Made by a program: the position numbers and the translations under genes. Source: an uncultured Acidobacteriota bacterium (GTDB lineage Bacteria > Acidobacteriota > Polarisedimenticolia > JACPZX01). Taken from it: a DNA stretch of 64,000 nucleotides. Location: contig CAYNUH010000003.1 in NCBI GenBank assembly GCA_964400605.1, positions 50,370 to 114,369 of the forward strand, read 5' to 3'. Positions 40,054-49,324 of the stretch are shown here, one piece after another (position 1 is the stretch's first letter; every line of letters begins with the position of its first letter). A model generated the notes under the pieces. It did no database searches and was not told the origin of the DNA. It saw only the letters and a program-made list of their open reading frames with translations.

Positions 40054-42780
40054 ATGACGGAGCCGGAGAATAGCCTCTTGAAGCGCAGCAAGTTGCGGGT
40101 GACGACCGCCGCCGCGGCGGTCGTCCTGACTGCCGCGGCCGCATGGGGCGCGACTGCCGCCGATCCGAACGCCCCCGCGCCTGCCGCAGCGCACGTCCCG
40201 TCCGGCGCGGGGGATCCCATCGGGACCGCCCGGGCCGACCCCAACGCACCTCCCGCGGCCGATCCGAACGGGACACCCCCGGCCGATCCCGGCGCCGCCC
40301 CCCCCGCGGCCGATCCGAACGGGACACCCCCGGCCGATCCCGGCGCCGCCCCCCCGGCTGCCGATCCGAACGCCCTGCCCGGCGAGGCGGCGGGTGAGGC
40401 GTCGGCGCCGCGGCCGGTGCCGGCCGAGCCGGAAGAGCCATCGACGATCGGCGGCGCGCGCATCACTCGCATCCTCGTGGAAGGCAACCAGCGCCTCACG
40501 CCGGATGCCGTCATGCACCTCATGACCTCCAAGCCGGGCGCTCCCTATGACGAGAGTCTGCTCCGCAGGGACTTCAAACGGATCTGGGACCGGGGGCTCC
40601 TGTCCGATCTCTCCATAGAGGCCCGGGACGAGAAGGGCGGCAAGGCGATCATCGTTCACGTGCAGGAGAAGCCGGTCGTCAACAACGTCTCCTACGACGA
40701 GAGCAAGATCGTCGGCGAGTCGCAGATCGAAGATACGCTCAAGGAGCGCAAGGCCGCGGTGGAGATCGGCGAGCCCGTCAACTACGACGCCGTGAAGAAG
40801 GCGGAGGAGGCGATCAAAGGGCTTCTGGGGCAGAAGGGGTACCTCGACGCGGAGGTGACCGCGGAGCTGAAGCCGGCGGAGACGCCCGCGTCCCTGGACG
40901 TCCACTTCAAGATCAAGGAAGGGCCGCGCACCCGGATCCGGCGGATCGAATTCACCGGGAACACGGTTTTCTCGGACCGGCGCCTCAAGAAGACCATGAG
41001 GCTCGTCCGCGAGAAGGGGTGGTTCACCCGCGTGAGCGGCAAGGACATCTACCACCCCATCAAGTTCGACCAGGACGTCCGTGAGGTGGAGACGCTCTAC
41101 CTGAACTCCGGCTACATCGACGTCGATATCCAACCACCCGATGTGAAGGTGGTAGAGGAGAGGGCGTCGGAGAAACCCGGCAAGTCGCGCAAGTGGGTCC
41201 ACATCACCCAGCCGGTCTCCGAGGGCCGCCGGTACAAAGTCGGCAAGATCGACGTCACCGGCAGCACGGTCTTCACCGCCGATGAGATCCGCAAGAGGAT
41301 CCCCCTGCGCGAAGGCCAGGTCCTCAACAACTCGATGCTGCAGGCCGGGCTGGACGCGGTGGAGGCGAACTACAGCCAGAAGGGGTACTTCTACATCTCC
41401 ACCAACAGGGTCATCGACCGCAAGCCCGACGCCGTGGCGGACATCACCGTCCGCGTGAGCGAGGACAAACCCTATCGGATCGACCGCATCGAATTCGCCG
41501 GAAACACGGTGACCCACGACTCTGTGCTGCGGCGGGAGATGCAGGTGAACGAGGAGGACCTCCTCGACATTCAGCGGATCCGGCTCGGGCTGAGGCGGAT
41601 CAACCAGCTCGGCTTCTTCGAGGTGCAGAAGGAGCCCGTCATCAAGCCCATCGAGGGGACGGACAAGGTCTCGGTGAGCATCGAGGGGATCGAGCAGCGC
41701 CGCAGCGAGCTGCAGGTGGGCGGCGGCTACTCCGGCCTGGACGGCGGCTTCTTCACCTCCTCTTATCAGACGCGGAACTTCCTGGGCCGCGGCGACCTGG
41801 TGACCTTCAACGCGCAGACGGGGCGGATCTCGACGCGCTACATCATCTCGTTCACCGAACCGTACTTCCTGGGCAAGCCCATCATCTTCGGCTTCAGCCT
41901 CTTCCGGCGGAGCACCGACTACTTCAACTTCCGCACCAGCGGTTCCGGCGGCAGCCTCACCCTGGGCCGACGGTTCCGCGCCTTCCACTCGGTGAGCGCC
42001 GCCTATCTGTTCGAGGACACCGACTTCAACCCCACCGAGGGCATCAGCCAGAACTCGAGAACCAGCAGCCTGCGGCCCGCATACCAGTTCGACACGCGCA
42101 ACAACTTCTTCCGCCCCTCCCGCGGCCTGCTCTTCGTGGCTTCCGCCGAGTACGCCGGAGGCCTGCTGGGCGGCGACAACTACTTCATCAAGCCGATCGT
42201 GGAGGCGACGCGGTACATGAAGGCGTGGAGGCGCACCTTGTGGGCGCTGCACGGGGAGGTGGGCTACGTCGCCGCCTTCGCCGAGGATCGGCATCTGCCT
42301 TCGGACAAGGACGGCGGACTGCCCCTGTTCGAAAGGTTCTTCCTCGGGGGAGAGCGGTCGCTGCGCATCTTCGAGACGCGCACGGTGGCGCCGGACGGGT
42401 TCATCAGCAACTTCTTCCGGCGCCGGATCCTGTTCAGCGCGGGCGACTGCCCGGCCGCCCCCGAGGGGCGCCGGCACTTCCTGCAGGACAGGTGCAACGG
42501 CTTCCGCGTCGGCGGCGACAAGTCGGTCCTGCTCAATGCCGAATACGTGATTCCCTCGCGGGGCCCCGTGGACCTGGCGCTGTTCCTGGACGCCGGCAAC
42601 GTGTACACGGAGGAGGAGAGGATCGACGCTTCCGAACTTCGGAAGGACGCGGGCGTGGAGCTGCGGTTTTACCTGCCCGTCTTCGGGGCGCCGCTGCGGC
42701 TCATCTACGGCTTCAACCTCGACCCGCAGCGCGGGGAGGGCAAGAGAAACTTCGTCTTCTCGATCGGGACGACCTTCTGA
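40054..42780 (+). CDS. bamA: Outer membrane protein assembly factor BamA, with an N-terminal Pro-rich tandem-repeat extension
   Basis: Signal peptide, five POTRA-like units, a 16-strand barrel region, and a C-terminus '...FVFSIGTTF'. The internal ATG 'MTEPENSLLKRSKLRVTTAAAAVVL' is preferred as the start. Confidence 0.9.
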   Translation: MTEPENSLLKRSKLRVTTAAAAVVLTAAAAWGATAADPNAPAPAAAHVPSGAGDPIGTARADPNAPPAADPNGTPPADPGAAPPAADPNGTPPADPGAAPPAADPNALPGEAAGEASAPRPVPAEPEEPSTIGGARITRILVEGNQRLTPDAVMHLMTSKPGAPYDESLLRRDFKRIWDRGLLSDLSIEARDEKGGKAIIVHVQEKPVVNNVSYDESKIVGESQIEDTLKERKAAVEIGEPVNYDAVKKAEEAIKGLLGQKGYLDAEVTAELKPAETPASLDVHFKIKEGPRTRIRRIEFTGNTVFSDRRLKKTMRLVREKGWFTRVSGKDIYHPIKFDQDVREVETLYLNSGYIDVDIQPPDVKVVEERASEKPGKSRKWVHITQPVSEGRRYKVGKIDVTGSTVFTADEIRKRIPLREGQVLNNSMLQAGLDAVEANYSQKGYFYISTNRVIDRKPDAVADITVRVSEDKPYRIDRIEFAGNTVTHDSVLRREMQVNEEDLLDIQRIRLGLRRINQLGFFEVQKEPVIKPIEGTDKVSVSIEGIEQRRSELQVGGGYSGLDGGFFTSSYQTRNFLGRGDLVTFNAQTGRISTRYIISFTEPYFLGKPIIFGFSLFRRSTDYFNFRTSGSGGSLTLGRRFRAFHSVSAAYLFEDTDFNPTEGISQNSRTSSLRPAYQFDTRNNFFRPSRGLLFVASAEYAGGLLGGDNYFIKPIVEATRYMKAWRRTLWALHGEVGYVAAFAEDRHLPSDKDGGLPLFERFFLGGERSLRIFETRTVAPDGFISNFFRRRILFSAGDCPAAPEGRRHFLQDRCNGFRVGGDKSVLLNAEYVIPSRGPVDLALFLDAGNVYTEEERIDASELRKDAGVELRFYLPVFGAPLRLIYGFNLDPQRGEGKRNFVFSIGTTF
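40257..40360 (+). repeat. Near-perfect 51-bp direct tandem repeat (x2) encoding 'AADPNGTPPADPGAAPP' in the BamA N-terminus
   Basis: 'gccgatccgaacgggacacccccggccgatcccggcgccgccccccc' occurs twice in tandem, flanked by degenerate copies (ADPNAPPA..., ADPNALPGEA). Confidence 0.8.
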
Positions 42781-42794
42781 TAAGGAGAGTGACC

Positions 42795-43397
42795 ATGTCG
42801 ATGCGAACGCGCAGCACGGCCATGGCGGCCGCCGCGCTGGTGGCCGCCGGTGCGTGTCCGGCGTGGACCCAGGGAGCCGCCGTCCCCGCCGAGATCCGCC
42901 TCGGCGTGGTGGACATGGACCGGGTGATGGTCGAGAGCGAGATGGGCAAGGCCGAGCAGACGAACATCGACAGGCTCAAGGGAGAGCGCACGGCGCTCAT
43001 CAACACGAAGCAGAAAGAGCTGGAGGCGCTGGAGGAGCAGATCCGCAACGCCTCCCTGTCCTGGAGCGACGAGAAGCGCGAGGAGCAGACGCGGCAGTAC
43101 GAGTCCAAGAGGATCGAGCTACGGCGCCTCAACGAAGACGCCACGCGCGACGTTCAGGCCGAGTTCAACCGCTCGCTGAACAAGCTGCAGAAGGCGGCGC
43201 TGGAAGTGACCGGGGTGATCGGCCGCGAGAAGGGATACACGGTGGTCCTGGAGAAGAACACGCTCCCCGTCCTGTACGCCTCGGAGACCATCGAGATCAC
43301 GGCCGAGGTCATCTTGAGGCTCAACGCCCGGACGAAGGGCGGCCCCGCTCCCGCCTCGCCGAAGCCCTCGCCGTCGCAGCCGGGCGGACCGAGGTAG
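42795..43397 (+). CDS. skp: Periplasmic chaperone Skp (OmpH)
   Basis: GGAGA RBS, signal peptide, and an OmpH-like coiled-coil body. It sits in the conserved bamA-skp-lpxD position. Confidence 0.85.
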   Translation: MSMRTRSTAMAAAALVAAGACPAWTQGAAVPAEIRLGVVDMDRVMVESEMGKAEQTNIDRLKGERTALINTKQKELEALEEQIRNASLSWSDEKREEQTRQYESKRIELRRLNEDATRDVQAEFNRSLNKLQKAALEVTGVIGREKGYTVVLEKNTLPVLYASETIEITAEVILRLNARTKGGPAPASPKPSPSQPGGPR

Positions 43398-43399
43398 AG

Positions 43400-44446
43400 G
43401 TGCCCTCCACGCGCCGTGTCCTGCGCGACCTCGCGGCGGCCGTGGGGGGATCCGTCGAGGGAGATCCGGAGACGCCCATCGACGGCGTGGCGCCGCTCGA
43501 GTCCGCCCGCGCGTCGCACATCACCTTCCTGGCCAACCCGAAGTACCATTCTCAGGCGCTCGAGAGTCGTCCGGGTGCGATCCTGGCGGCCCCGGGGATC
43601 GACCTGCCCGGGCTCAACGTCGTGCGGGTCGCCGATCCGTACCTGGCGCTGGCGACGATCATCGGCATCTTCCACCCGCCGGCCCGCGTCCCGCCGGGCG
43701 TGAGGGACGGCGCGCAGGTGGGCTCGGGCTGCTCCGTGCACCCGGAGGCGGCCGTGCTGGCGGGCGCGACGCTGGGGGATGGGGTGACGGTGGGGGCCCG
43801 CAGCGTCGTCCACCCAGGGGCCCTGATCGCGGATGGCTGCGTCGTGGGCGCGGATTGCACCCTCCATCCCAACGTCACGCTGTACGCGCGCACCATCGTG
43901 GGGGACCGCGTGATCATCCACGCGGGCGCCGTGCTTGGCTCGGACGGCTTCGGTTTCGCGCACGACGGCTCGGCGCCGGTCAAGATCCCGCAGGTCGGAA
44001 ACGTGGTGGTGCAGGACGACGTCGAGATCGGCGCCAACACCACGGTGGACCGCGCCACCTTCGGGAGCACCCTTATCGGAAAGGGCTGCAAGATCGACAA
44101 CCTGGTGCAGATCGGCCACAACGTGACCGTGGGGGAGGGGAGCATCCTGGTGGCCCAGTCCGGGATCTCGGGCTCCACGCGGCTCGGGCGCGGGGTGATC
44201 GTCGCGGGCCAGTCGGGCGCCGTGGGGCACATCACCATCGGGGACGGGTCGAGGATCGGCGCCAAGTCCGCCGTGATCCACGATCTCCCCCCGGGTTCGT
44301 TCGTGATCGGCCACCCGGCCATTGAGGCAGGCGTGTGGAAGCGATCCGTCGCCGCCTTCGCGCGCCTGCCCGAGATCCTGCGCCGGCTGCGGAGCCTGGA
44401 GCGCGGCCGCGGCGCGCCGAAGGGCGGAAGCGAGGAGGAGGAGTGA
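43400..44446 (+). CDS. lpxD: UDP-3-O-(3-hydroxyacyl)glucosamine N-acyltransferase
   Basis: Left-handed beta-helix hexapeptide repeats and the LpxD N-terminus 'RRVLRDLAAAVGGSVEGD'. GTG start just after the skp stop. Confidence 0.9.
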   Translation: MPSTRRVLRDLAAAVGGSVEGDPETPIDGVAPLESARASHITFLANPKYHSQALESRPGAILAAPGIDLPGLNVVRVADPYLALATIIGIFHPPARVPPGVRDGAQVGSGCSVHPEAAVLAGATLGDGVTVGARSVVHPGALIADGCVVGADCTLHPNVTLYARTIVGDRVIIHAGAVLGSDGFGFAHDGSAPVKIPQVGNVVVQDDVEIGANTTVDRATFGSTLIGKGCKIDNLVQIGHNVTVGEGSILVAQSGISGSTRLGRGVIVAGQSGAVGHITIGDGSRIGAKSAVIHDLPPGSFVIGHPAIEAGVWKRSVAAFARLPEILRRLRSLERGRGAPKGGSEEEE

Positions 44447-44895
44447 TGGTTCCCATACGCGAGATCCTGGACGTGCTGCCGCACCGCTATCCCTTTCTGC
44501 TGGTGGACCGGATCGTGGAGTTCGAGGAGAAGACCCGGGCCGTCGGGATCAAGAATGTGACCATCAACGAGCCGTTCTTCCAGGGGCACTTCCCCGGCCA
44601 CCCGGTGATGCCGGCTGTGCTGGTCGTGGAGGGGATGGCGCAGGTGGGGGCGGTCCTCCTGCTCTCCTCGGTGCCGGATCGGCGCCGCAAGCTCATCTAC
44701 TTCACGGGGATCGACAACGCCCGTTTCCGCCGGCCCATCGTCCCCGGCGACCAGATTCGCTACGAACTCACGGTGATGAAGCTCAAGTCGCGCACCTGCC
44801 GCATGAAGGGGGAGGCGTACGTGGAGGGACAGCTCGCCGCGGAGGCGGAGATCCTCTCCGCCATGGTGGACGCTCCGGGAGGCCCCGCCCGGTGA
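44446..44895 (+). CDS. fabZ: 3-hydroxyacyl-ACP dehydratase
   Basis: 'LPHRYPFLLVDRIVEF', 'FFQGHFPGHPVMPAVLVVEGMAQ'. Confidence 0.9.
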   Translation: MVPIREILDVLPHRYPFLLVDRIVEFEEKTRAVGIKNVTINEPFFQGHFPGHPVMPAVLVVEGMAQVGAVLLLSSVPDRRRKLIYFTGIDNARFRRPIVPGDQIRYELTVMKLKSRTCRMKGEAYVEGQLAAEAEILSAMVDAPGGPAR

Positions 44896-45671
44896 CGGTT
44901 CCGGTCCATCCCGCGGCCATCGTCTCCCCCGAGGCGGAACTGGGGGAGGGGACCACCGTTGGGCCGTACGCCGTCGTCGGCGACGGCGTGAAGCTGGGGC
45001 CGGACTGCCGCGTCATGGCGCACGCGGCGCTCGAGGGGCCGATGACGGCCGGCCGCGGCTGCCGGTTCTTCCCCTTCGCTTCCGTCGGAACCGATCCCCA
45101 GGATCTCAAGTACCGGGGCGAGAGAACCAAACTCCTGATCGGCGACGGCAACACCTTCCGCGAGTTCGTGACCGTGAATCGCGGCACGGCCGGGGGCGGC
45201 GGCGTCACCCGGATCGGCAACGGCAACTTCTTCATGGCGTACGCCCACGTGGCGCACGACTGCCGCGTGGGCGACGGCACGATCTTCGCCAACGCCGCCA
45301 CGCTGGCGGGTCACGTCACCGTGGAGGACGCCGCCACGGTGGGCGCCTTCAGCGGCGTGCACCAGTTCTGCCGCGTCGGCAGGCACGCCTTCATCGGCGG
45401 CTACTCGGTCATCACGCAGGACGCGCTGCCCTTCGTGAAGAGCGTGGGCAACCGGGCCGAGGCCTACGGCATCAACACCGTCGGGCTGCAGCGTCGTGGC
45501 TTCACCGAGGAAGCCATCGCGATGCTGAAGCGCGCCTACCGGGTCCTCTTCCAGTCCGGATTGAACACCACGCAGGCGCTTTCGACGATTGAAGCCGAGC
45601 TCACCGGCAGCGAGGAGGTGGCCTACCTCGTCGCCTTCATCCGCTCCTCCGAGCGGGGCATCATCAAGTGA
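44892..45671 (+). CDS. lpxA: Acyl-ACP--UDP-N-acetylglucosamine O-acyltransferase
   Basis: GTG start overlapping the fabZ stop (GTGA). Hexapeptide repeats and the LpxA C-terminal helical domain. Confidence 0.9.
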   Translation: MTVPVHPAAIVSPEAELGEGTTVGPYAVVGDGVKLGPDCRVMAHAALEGPMTAGRGCRFFPFASVGTDPQDLKYRGERTKLLIGDGNTFREFVTVNRGTAGGGGVTRIGNGNFFMAYAHVAHDCRVGDGTIFANAATLAGHVTVEDAATVGAFSGVHQFCRVGRHAFIGGYSVITQDALPFVKSVGNRAEAYGINTVGLQRRGFTEEAIAMLKRAYRVLFQSGLNTTQALSTIEAELTGSEEVAYLVAFIRSSERGIIK

Positions 45672-46663
45672 CGCCCGGCCACCGCCCCGCGACACGGGGG
45701 AACCTGCGCGTGGGCGTGGTGGGCGTCGGCTACCTGGGCCGGCACCACGCGCGGATCTACGCGTCCCTGTCGGGCGTGACGCTGGTCGGCGTGGCCGACA
45801 CCCACGCCGGCCGCGCCGCCGAGGTGGCCTCCCGTCACGGCGTTCAACCCTTCGACGACCACCGCCGGCTCATCGGGCTCGTCGACGCGGTGTCGGTGGC
45901 CACCCCTACGGCGACGCACCGCGCGGTGAGCGCGGACTTCCTGACGGAAGGCATCGCGGTGCTGGTGGAGAAGCCCATCGCGGGGTCGCTGCCCGAGGCG
46001 GACGATCTCGTGGCGCTGGCGGAACGCAGCGGCGCGCTTCTCGGCGTGGGCCACACGGAGAGGTTCAACCCCGCGGTGGCGGCGCTCCGGGAGCGCGCGC
46101 GCGACCCGCGCTTCATCGAGGTGCACCGGCTCGGGACGTTCCCGGCCCGCAGCCTCGACATCGACGTCGTTCTCGATCTCATGATCCACGACATCGATCT
46201 CGTCCTGGCGATGGCGCGCGACGCCGGAGGCGCCGCGGTCCTCTCCCTCGACGCCGTGGGGGTGAACGCCCTTACGCGGCGGGTGGACATCGCCAACGCC
46301 CGCATCCGGCTGTCGGGAGGGTGCGTGGCCAACCTCACCGCCAGCCGGATAAGCACCGGCAAGGTCCGCAAGATCCGCGTTTTCACGCGCGACGCCTACA
46401 TCTCGTGCGACTGCGCCGATCAGAGCCTCGAGCGTTTCTCGCTGAGACGGGAGTCGGACCCGGCGGCGCCGCCCGAGATCGTGAGGGAGGCTCCGGTCCT
46501 CACCAAGGACGAGCCGCTGGCGCGGGAGCTGCGCGCCTTCGCCGCGGCCGCCTCCGGCGGCGCGCCCTTTGAGGTGACGGGCGGGGAGGCGCGGCAGGCC
46601 CTCGCCGTGGCGCTGGCCGTGGCGGAGCGCATCGAGGAGGGGCTTCTTGAGGGCGCCCGCTGA
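45668..46663 (+). CDS. Gfo/Idh/MocA-family NAD-dependent oxidoreductase, translationally coupled to lpxA (GnnA-like candidate UDP-GlcNAc 3-dehydrogenase)
   Basis: Rossmann N-terminus 'LRVGVVGVGYLGRHHARIY' and the family motif 'VLVEKP'. 4-nt overlap with the lpxA stop. Confidence 0.8.
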   Translation: MTPGHRPATRGNLRVGVVGVGYLGRHHARIYASLSGVTLVGVADTHAGRAAEVASRHGVQPFDDHRRLIGLVDAVSVATPTATHRAVSADFLTEGIAVLVEKPIAGSLPEADDLVALAERSGALLGVGHTERFNPAVAALRERARDPRFIEVHRLGTFPARSLDIDVVLDLMIHDIDLVLAMARDAGGAAVLSLDAVGVNALTRRVDIANARIRLSGGCVANLTASRISTGKVRKIRVFTRDAYISCDCADQSLERFSLRRESDPAAPPEIVREAPVLTKDEPLARELRAFAAAASGGAPFEVTGGEARQALAVALAVAERIEEGLLEGAR

Positions 46664-47747
46664 CTACCTCGCCGAGCGGATCGAAGCCGGCGACATCCCC
46701 TCCGCCTCATGGCTCATCGGCGACGCCGAGCGGGTGATCGCTTCGGGCGCGCTGGGACACGCCGTCCTCGTCCCCGGGCGCGTGCCGGCCGCCGAGGACA
46801 CGATCTACGACCTGGCGTCGCTGACCAAACCCCTTGTGACGTCGCTCCTGGTGATCCTCCTCGCCCGCGAAGCGGGCTTCCGGCTGGGCGACCGGGCGGG
46901 GCGGTTCCTCCCCGAGTTCGACCGCCTCGACAAGCGCGACATCACGCTGGCCCACCTCCTCACGCACACGTCGGGCCTGCCGGATTGGGCGCCGCTGTAC
47001 GTGAAGGGCGGCACCATCGCGGAGTACTTGCGCCAGATCCAGGGCATGCAGCCGCTCGAGCCGCCCGGCGTGAAGCTCCGCTACTCCGATCCCGGCTACA
47101 TCGCGCTGGGCGCCGTGGCCGAGCGGGCGGGCACGGCGGGATTGGGCGCGCTGGCGGCGTCGTTGATCCTCGAGCCCGTGGGCTCCCGTGCCTGCTTCCG
47201 GCCCCCTCCGGCCCTCCAAGGAAGGGTGGCCGCCACCGAGGAGGCGTGCCAGTATGAGCGCGTGAAGGCCGGAGCGGCCGCAACGGGGTATCGCGGCTGG
47301 CGGGAGGGTGTCATCCGCGGCGAGGTGCACGACCAGAACGCCTGGGCCGCGGGCGGCGTGGCGGGCCACGCGGGGTTGTTCGGCACGGCGAAGGACGTCT
47401 ACCTCATCGCCCGCAAGGCGCTCGACACCCCGTCGCGGTTGGTCGCCGAAGAGGATCTCCCGCTGCTCAGGGAGGCGCGGACGGGCGATCTCCCGGAGCC
47501 GCGATCGATGGCCTACCGGATCAACCGCGCGGAGGACGGCGGAAGCGACCCCACGACCGCAGCCGGCGCCGCGTTGCCCCCTCGAGCGTTCGGCCACAAC
47601 GGCTTCACGGGGACATCGGTGTGGATTGACCCGGCTGCATCCCGCGTCTACGTCCTCCTGACCAACCGCGTCCATCCCGAGGTGCGCGAGGAGATGGACA
47701 TGAACGCGCTCAGACGGGAGTTCCACCGCCTGGCCGCGACCGTGTGA
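46647..47747 (+). CDS. Serine hydrolase, beta-lactamase/PBP-like (class C/AmpC-like fold)
   Basis: SxxK motif 'SLTKP', a YxN-like region, and 'HNGFTGTSVWIDP' (KTG-like). Confidence 0.8.
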   Translation: MRAPADYLAERIEAGDIPSASWLIGDAERVIASGALGHAVLVPGRVPAAEDTIYDLASLTKPLVTSLLVILLAREAGFRLGDRAGRFLPEFDRLDKRDITLAHLLTHTSGLPDWAPLYVKGGTIAEYLRQIQGMQPLEPPGVKLRYSDPGYIALGAVAERAGTAGLGALAASLILEPVGSRACFRPPPALQGRVAATEEACQYERVKAGAAATGYRGWREGVIRGEVHDQNAWAAGGVAGHAGLFGTAKDVYLIARKALDTPSRLVAEEDLPLLREARTGDLPEPRSMAYRINRAEDGGSDPTTAAGAALPPRAFGHNGFTGTSVWIDPAASRVYVLLTNRVHPEVREEMDMNALRREFHRLAATV

Positions 47748-48844
47748 CCGTGACGCACGTCGTGCGGTTCAAAGCGACCGAGATCCTCGCCGGAGACGCG
47801 GAAGCCGAAGGGTCGAAGGATCCGATCGCCGTGGCCGGGCCGCCGGGACCGGGATCCGGCGCCCCGATCTTCGCGACGGTTGAGAGGGGCGCCGGGCGGA
47901 GCCTCGTCACGTTCCGCGAGGCCGCCCTCTGGAGCCTGCTCGCGCACGCGGTGACCCTCATCGCGATCTTGCTGGCACCCCGGGGCACCTTCAGCGCCCG
48001 TCCTCTTCTCCTCAGCGCCGAGGATCAGCCCGTCCACATGACGTTCGTGGAGGACCGCCCCCGCCCGCCCGAGCCCAACCCGGAGGCCGAGGCGGGATCT
48101 GACCGCGACCGCCGCCGCGCCCAGGAGGAGACGCCCGAAAACCCGTCGCGGATGGAGCCGTACTCGCGCGGCAACACGCCCGCGCCGATCGCGCAGGACC
48201 CGCGGGAGACCTCGGAGCAACGACGTCCGCTCACGCCGGAGCCGAACCCACCTTCACCACCCGGCTCCGAGCGCGCGCGCGCGGCGGCCGATGAGGCGAA
48301 GGCCGCCGGCGAGATCGACGCGCGGCAGGGGACGGGGCCATTCTTCGTCCCGCCGCGCGGCGCCCAGAGCGGAGGATCCGGCGGTGAGTCGCTGCGCGAG
48401 AAGGGGGAGCGTCTCAAGCAAGCGCTCTCCGCCATGGGCGCGGCGGGGGCGGGCGCGGGTGGATCGGCCTTCCGGTACGACAATCCCGTAGGCGGCGTGG
48501 CCACGCCCACCGGGGGGCTCTCGTTCGACACGAAGGGGTTCGACTGGGGCCCCTACGCCCGCCGCATCTACTGGATCATCTGGTCGAACTGGCACGCGAG
48601 GATGCCGCCCGCGGTGTACGCCGGATTGAAGGGCATCGTGACGATCCACTTCGTGATCCATCGCGACGGCAGGATCACGGGCATCGAGATCCTCGACTCC
48701 TCGGACATCCCGGCCTACGACAACGCCGCGGTGCTCGCGCTCGAAGCATCGAGCCCGCTGCCGCCCCTCCCCGACACCTTCCCCAACGACAGCGACGGCG
48801 TCACCGGCCGGTTCCTCTACAACATCTGGGGCGAGGATGAGTAG
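47744..48844 (+). CDS. tonB: Energy transducer TonB-family protein
   Basis: N-terminal TM helix, a long Pro/Glu-rich linker, and a C-terminal TonB_C domain ('IHFVIHRDGRITGIEILDSSDIPAYDNAAVLALEASSPLPPLP'). Confidence 0.75.
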   Translation: MTVTHVVRFKATEILAGDAEAEGSKDPIAVAGPPGPGSGAPIFATVERGAGRSLVTFREAALWSLLAHAVTLIAILLAPRGTFSARPLLLSAEDQPVHMTFVEDRPRPPEPNPEAEAGSDRDRRRAQEETPENPSRMEPYSRGNTPAPIAQDPRETSEQRRPLTPEPNPPSPPGSERARAAADEAKAAGEIDARQGTGPFFVPPRGAQSGGSGGESLREKGERLKQALSAMGAAGAGAGGSAFRYDNPVGGVATPTGGLSFDTKGFDWGPYARRIYWIIWSNWHARMPPAVYAGLKGIVTIHFVIHRDGRITGIEILDSSDIPAYDNAAVLALEASSPLPPLPDTFPNDSDGVTGRFLYNIWGEDE

Positions 48845-49324
48845 GGCCTGCCCCAGCGATCCGCCGAGCGCCTATCCTCATGTGTCCGCGCCGCCGCCGA
48901 TGCCGTTCGCGAGTAGGCGGCTCCCTGCCTGCGGCGCTCATCGTGAAAAGAGAAAGCCCCGGGAGTCGGACCATAACGCTGTCCCGCGGCTACGGCGGCC
49001 GCGCTCCCGGGGCCGGTGGCGCTGGAAGTCGCTCTAGCGGCGGCTCTCAGATCGCCTGAACCAGATTGGAGGTCCGTCCGCTAGGACGACGCCACCTCAC
49101 TCACCGTACGTTTATCGTCCACCAATGGACCACCTCCTTCCCCGGCGCGGAAGACATCGGGTCGAGTCCAGACTCGCCCGGGCCCGTGGGGCCGGACCGC
49201 CGATGTCGGGCCCCCGGGGCGCCGCGGCCCTCGCCGCGACTCGGGAAGATGTGTGGTCTCCCCGTGCGGGGTCATAGATACCACCAACTCCGGTTCGACG
49301 CCACAGGAGTTTTCACGCGGGCCC

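Noticed and set aside
49280-49315. GGTTCGACGCC T-loop-like motif (possible tRNA/tmRNA 3' end)
   Set aside because: No acceptor/anticodon/D-arm cloverleaf can be drawn around it and there is no CCA context. No tRNA or tmRNA found anywhere in the window.
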